A stretch of 36,276 bases of DNA from an uncultured Candidatus Kuenenia sp. GTDB lineage: Bacteria > Planctomycetota > Planctomycetia > Pirellulales > UBA1268. A program made the position numbers and the translations under genes. The notes below the pieces were generated by a model. That model ran no database searches and was not told the origin of the DNA. It saw nothing but the letters and a program-made list of their open reading frames with translations. Below are positions 32,964-36,276 of this stretch, one piece after another; the first letter of the stretch is position 1, and each line of letters starts with the position of its first letter. The DNA lies in assembly GCA_964477765.1 (NCBI GenBank), contig CAYZFV010000204.1, forward strand, positions 1 through 36,276. Direction: 5' to 3'.

Positions 32964-35255
32964 ATGCCGCGTTTCGTCAAATCAATTTTGGTCGCCCTTT
33001 TTGCTTTCGCCGGAGAAGCCGTCACGCCCTGCCCTGCGGCCACGGTTCTCGTGGAGGCGGAGAGCTTCACCGACCACGGTGGCTGGAGCCTCGACACGCA
33101 GTTCATCCGCGAGATGGGCTCGCCCTATTTGCTCGCGCACGGTCTCGGCACGCCGGTGGCCGATGCCACAACGACCGTCAGCTTTCCTGCGGCTGGCACG
33201 TATCGCGTGTTTGTGCGGACCAAAGACTGGGTCGCCCGCTGGCAAGCCCCTGGCACGCCGGGCCGGTTTCAGGTGCTGGTCAATGGTGCGCCGCTCACCA
33301 CGACGTTTGGCACCGAAGGAGCGGCATGGGGCTGGCAGGATGGGGGCACGGTGAAAGTCGCTGCCGGCGAGGCGACCATCGCCCTGCGCGACCTGACCGG
33401 TTTCGATGGCCGCTGCGACTGCATCGTGTTTACGACCGATGACGCGCCGCCACCAAATGATTCGGCGATCCTCGGCCGCTGGCGGCGGGATGCCCTCGGG
33501 CTGCCAGCCAGCCCCGAGACCAAGGGCCCTTACGATCTCGTCGTTGTCGGCGGCGGCTACTCCGGCATGGGAGCGGCGCTCTCGGCTGCCCGCCTGGGGC
33601 TCAAGGTGGCGCTCATCCAGGATCGGCCGGTGCTCGGCGGCAACGGCTCGAGCGAGGTCCGCGTGTGGGCGATGGGGCTGATTCGCCGCGGCAAGTATCC
33701 CCGCATCGGCGAGATCGTCGAGGAGTTTGCCGACAAGGCGAAGAAAAGCCCGGGCACCTACGAAGAGTTTGAAGACGCCAAGAAAGAGGCGGTCGTTCGA
33801 GCCGAGCCGAACATCGACCTGTTTCTCAATACCCACGCCTTCGCGGTCGAACGCGACGGCCCGCAGATCAAAAGCGTCACCTGCCTCGACACACGGACCA
33901 GCCGCGAACTGCGGTTTACGGGCACGTTCTTCTGCGATGCCACCGGCCATGCCACGATCGGCCATCTGGCTGGGGCCGAGACTGTGATGGAACCAAAGGG
34001 TCGGATGGGCATGAGCAACATGTGGGCCTGGGCCGAACGCGAGTCGCCGCAGACCTTCCCCGAGACGCCATGGGCCCTGCCGCTCACGATGGCCGACTTT
34101 CCCTACCCCCGCGACTTCCACGGCCAGTGGTTTTGGGAGAGCGCCTTCGACAAGGATCCGCTCGGCGACGCCGAGGGCATCCGCGACTGGAACCTGCGGG
34201 CCGTGTTTGGGGCATTCAACGCCATGAAGAATGGCGATGGTGCCGCCAAGCATCGGAACGCCGTGCTCACCTGGGTGGCCTTTGTCGGGGGCCCGCGGGA
34301 GAGTCGGCGGATTCTCGGCGATGTGGTGCTCACGCAGGACGACATCGTCGCGAAGCGGGAGTTTCCCGACGGCTGCGTGCCGAGCACCTGGTCGATCGAC
34401 CTCCACTATCCGAAGGAGGAATACGCCAGGAAGTTTCCCGACAATCCGTTCATCTCGATCGCCGTGCACGATCGCCGCGTCGACCGCACCTACGGCTACC
34501 CGGTGCCCTATCGCTGCTTCTATTCCAAGGACATCGACAACCTCTTCATGGCCGGCCGCTGCATCTCGGTGACGCACGAGGCCCTCGGCACCGTCCGCGT
34601 GATGAAGACCTGCGGGATGATGGGCGAGGTGGTGGGCAAGGCGGCGAGCGTGGCGGTCAAACACGGCACCACGCCGCGGAGCGTCTACGAAAACCACTGG
34701 GCCGAGATGGACGAACTGTTGAAGCTCCCGGGCAAGGCCCGGCGGGCCACGCTTTCTGCTCCGATCGAGATTCCCGCCGACGCCTCGCCGTTGGCGGATG
34801 CGACAGGCCCGATGCAGGGAGTCGATCCGATAACAATCGCCCGCGCGAAGGGGGCAGTGGTTCGCGATGACCGGGAGGCGACCCGCGAAGGGACGTGGAC
34901 CGAGGGGCACAACCTGAAGGGGTTCGTCGCCCATGGCTACCACTATGCCGGGGCCAACAGCGGCGCGACCGCGACCTATGAATTGCGGGCTCCGGCGGCG
35001 GGGACCTACGACGTGCTGGTTTCATGGCAGCCGCATGAAAACCGCGGCCGAGCGGTGCCTGTGCTCGTCGAGACCACGGCCGGTCGGGCGAGTGTGCGGT
35101 TTGATATGCAGCAGCCGCCGCCCCTCGAGGCGAGCTTCGGATCAGCCGGTCGCGTCCGACTCGACAAGGGCGAGCGGTGCGTCGTGGTGATCAGCACCGA
35201 CGGAGCCGAGGGCCTGGCCCACGCCGACGCCGTGCTGCTCGTGCCGGTGCGATAG
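32964..35255 (+). CDS. Secreted FAD-dependent oxidoreductase flanked by two related beta-sandwich (golvesin/CBD-like) domains
   Basis: ATG at 32964 with AAGGAG upstream, followed by a signal peptide. The dinucleotide fold reads YDLVVVGGGYSGMGAALSAARLGLKVALIQDRPVLGGNGSSE. The N- and C-terminal domains share PAAGTYRVFV and PAAGTYDVLV. Confidence 0.85.
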   Translation: MPRFVKSILVALFAFAGEAVTPCPAATVLVEAESFTDHGGWSLDTQFIREMGSPYLLAHGLGTPVADATTTVSFPAAGTYRVFVRTKDWVARWQAPGTPGRFQVLVNGAPLTTTFGTEGAAWGWQDGGTVKVAAGEATIALRDLTGFDGRCDCIVFTTDDAPPPNDSAILGRWRRDALGLPASPETKGPYDLVVVGGGYSGMGAALSAARLGLKVALIQDRPVLGGNGSSEVRVWAMGLIRRGKYPRIGEIVEEFADKAKKSPGTYEEFEDAKKEAVVRAEPNIDLFLNTHAFAVERDGPQIKSVTCLDTRTSRELRFTGTFFCDATGHATIGHLAGAETVMEPKGRMGMSNMWAWAERESPQTFPETPWALPLTMADFPYPRDFHGQWFWESAFDKDPLGDAEGIRDWNLRAVFGAFNAMKNGDGAAKHRNAVLTWVAFVGGPRESRRILGDVVLTQDDIVAKREFPDGCVPSTWSIDLHYPKEEYARKFPDNPFISIAVHDRRVDRTYGYPVPYRCFYSKDIDNLFMAGRCISVTHEALGTVRVMKTCGMMGEVVGKAASVAVKHGTTPRSVYENHWAEMDELLKLPGKARRATLSAPIEIPADASPLADATGPMQGVDPITIARAKGAVVRDDREATREGTWTEGHNLKGFVAHGYHYAGANSGATATYELRAPAAGTYDVLVSWQPHENRGRAVPVLVETTAGRASVRFDMQQPPPLEASFGSAGRVRLDKGERCVVVISTDGAEGLAHADAVLLVPVR

Positions 35256-35282
35256 GCGCTCTCCAGCCACCTGGAAAGACGC

Positions 35283-35311
35283 TTGCAGTCGTCGGCGCAT
35301 TTCGATAAAAT
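35283..35311 (+). promoter_or_regulatory. Sigma70-like promoter for parDE
   Basis: TTGCAG (35283-35288), a 17-nt spacer, TAAAAT (35306-35311), then AGGAGG (35341-35346) before the GTG at 35354. Confidence 0.4.
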
Positions 35312-35353
35312 GTACTTGCGTTCACCATTGTCTGTTCTGCAGGAGGGCTTCCT

Positions 35354-35578
35354 GTGATTCAATTCGACCGGGAACTTGAGTCCTTTGTGCAAAAAGAGGT
35401 CGAAAGCGGCCATTTCGCGAGCCGCGAAGCCTTGCTTTCTCATGCCGTTGAATTGCTTCGACGCGATCGCGAGGAAGCAGTGGCGGGAATCCTTCTCGGA
35501 CTCAAAGACGCGGATGCAGACCGAATGCAGCCGCTCAGAGAAGTAATCGCCGATATCCGTCGCGGGCCGCAGGAGTAG
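35354..35578 (+). CDS. parD: ParD-family antitoxin
   Basis: GTG start. IQFDRELESFVQKEVESGHFASREALLSHAVELLRRDRE matches the ParD/CopG-like addiction-module antitoxin pattern. Confidence 0.8.
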   Translation: MIQFDRELESFVQKEVESGHFASREALLSHAVELLRRDREEAVAGILLGLKDADADRMQPLREVIADIRRGPQE

Positions 35579-35610
35579 CCGACACGTTATCTGATTCGGC
35601 TGACCAAGAA

Positions 35611-35937
35611 ATGCGATACCGCGTGATGGTCACCGCGAACGCGACGACGAATCTCCGCGAATACTACGTGCGGGCGGTCCGCATGGCTCCAGTGACCGCG
35701 GACCGGTGGCTTCAGCGTTTTGAGGCTGCGATTGAAAGCCTGGCTACGCATCCCGAGCGCTGTGCCATCGCTGCAGAAAATAACTCGGTCGAGCCGACGA
35801 TCCGGCAACTCCTGTTTGGACGCACGGGAAGTGTCTTTCGGGTGTTGTTTACCGTCGTCGGAGACGAAGTGCGCGTGCTGCATATCCGCCGCGGAGTCAT
35901 GGCCGACGCCGATGCCACGGATCTGCAGTTGGAGTGA
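35611..35937 (+). CDS. parE: ParE/RelE-family toxin
   Basis: A 108-aa ORF 32 nt after parD. HPERCAIAAE...VFRVLFTVVGDEVRVLHIRRG is the typical ParE C-terminal pattern. Confidence 0.8.
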   Translation: MRYRVMVTANATTNLREYYVRAVRMAPVTADRWLQRFEAAIESLATHPERCAIAAENNSVEPTIRQLLFGRTGSVFRVLFTVVGDEVRVLHIRRGVMADADATDLQLE

Positions 35938-35989
35938 ATCGCGAAGGCCAGAGAGCCCCTTTCGGGATCAGGCAACACCTGCCGCGATT

Positions 35990-36274
35990 TCAGAATACAA
36001 AGATCACGGCGAGGGCAGAGAGGCCGACGACAACGAGGGCGAACCCCATGTAGCGGGCGATCGGCGGCCGGTCGGCGTAGCGGTAGTCATCGTCCTTGAT
36101 CGCCTTGAGCATGTGGCGGTGTTCCCACATGCCGGCGAGAGTGGCGGCGATGCCCAGCAGGATCAGGGCGGCGCCGAAGATCCTCGTTTTGAAGGGTGAG
36201 AAGCCGACCAGTGGTCCGTCGAAGCCGACGGCGGCCTGCCCCAGTCGCTCGATGCCGAAGCCGAGGCTGATCAT
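35990..36274 (-). CDS. DUF202 (YidH-like) membrane protein, probably 5'-truncated by the window edge
   Basis: ISLGFGIERL..., two hydrophobic helices and a C-terminal ALVVVGLSALAVIFVF fit DUF202. The listed Met sits 2 nt from the window end, so the true start may lie outside the window. Confidence 0.65.
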   Translation of the reverse strand: MISLGFGIERLGQAAVGFDGPLVGFSPFKTRIFGAALILLGIAATLAGMWEHRHMLKAIKDDDYRYADRPPIARYMGFALVVVGLSALAVIFVF

Positions 36275-36276
36275 CG

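Noticed and set aside
32982-34943. 653-aa ORF antisense to the FAD oxidoreductase gene
   Set aside because: This is a low-complexity antisense frame. The sense strand has a GxGxxG FAD fold and a signal peptide.
35938-35989. Possible bidirectional terminator between parE and the DUF202 gene
   Set aside because: Only 4-5 bp imperfect stems are present and there is no T-tract, which is too weak to report.
1-36276. Looked for CRISPR arrays, tRNA/rRNA genes, IS elements, integrases and long terminal repeats
   Set aside because: There are no regularly spaced direct repeats, no cloverleaf-like or rRNA-like segments in the few short intergenic gaps, and no transposase- or integrase-like ORFs. The only long-range repeat is the fic duplication reported above.

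Overview
GC-rich (roughly 65% by eye) chromosomal segment whose gene content points to Planctomycetota / the PVC superphylum: DUF1501, DUF1592-family plus DUF1552 pairs, a DUF1559 pilin-like protein, and a PVC-type heme-binding dehydrogenase-like giant protein. I support about 35 protein-coding genes, packed tightly with many 1-14 nt overlaps. I saw no rRNA, tRNA, CRISPR array, transposase or integrase. Many long entries in the ORF track are stop-poor antisense frames or 5' over-extensions typical of high-GC DNA. I re-set those starts using signal peptides, Shine-Dalgarno-like motifs and family-typical N-termini.

Layout:
- 1-7.5 kb: housekeeping and sugar-type enzymes, then a Phd/YefM-VapC module.
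- 7.5-11.2 kb: one 1243-aa multi-redox fusion protein.
- 11.4-16.4 kb: a galactonate-type (DeLey-Doudoroff-like) sugar-acid operon.
- 16.4-17.8 kb: two tandem VapBC modules.
- 18.9-29.0 kb: two convergent DUF1592-family/DUF1552 pairs, two paralogous small lipoproteins and a DUF1559 gene.
- 29.2-31.6 kb: a full-length class II Fic gene and an internally deleted fic pseudogene, in direct orientation around a Uma2 (DUF820) endonuclease gene.
- 31.7-35.3 kb: a XylR-like regulator divergent from a secreted FAD oxidoreductase.
- 35.35-35.94 kb: ParDE, followed by a DUF202 gene cut by the window edge.

Best candidate for an undescribed system: the 10-kb exported DUF1592/DUF1552/lipoprotein/DUF1559 neighbourhood. 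These families are known, but their function is unknown. Other points worth a second look: all three PIN-toxin operons carry sigma70-like promoters positioned for leaderless antitoxin mRNAs; the fic duplication and decay structure; and a twin palindromic repeat at 1.9 kb. All functional calls rest on motif recognition by eye. No database search was run.
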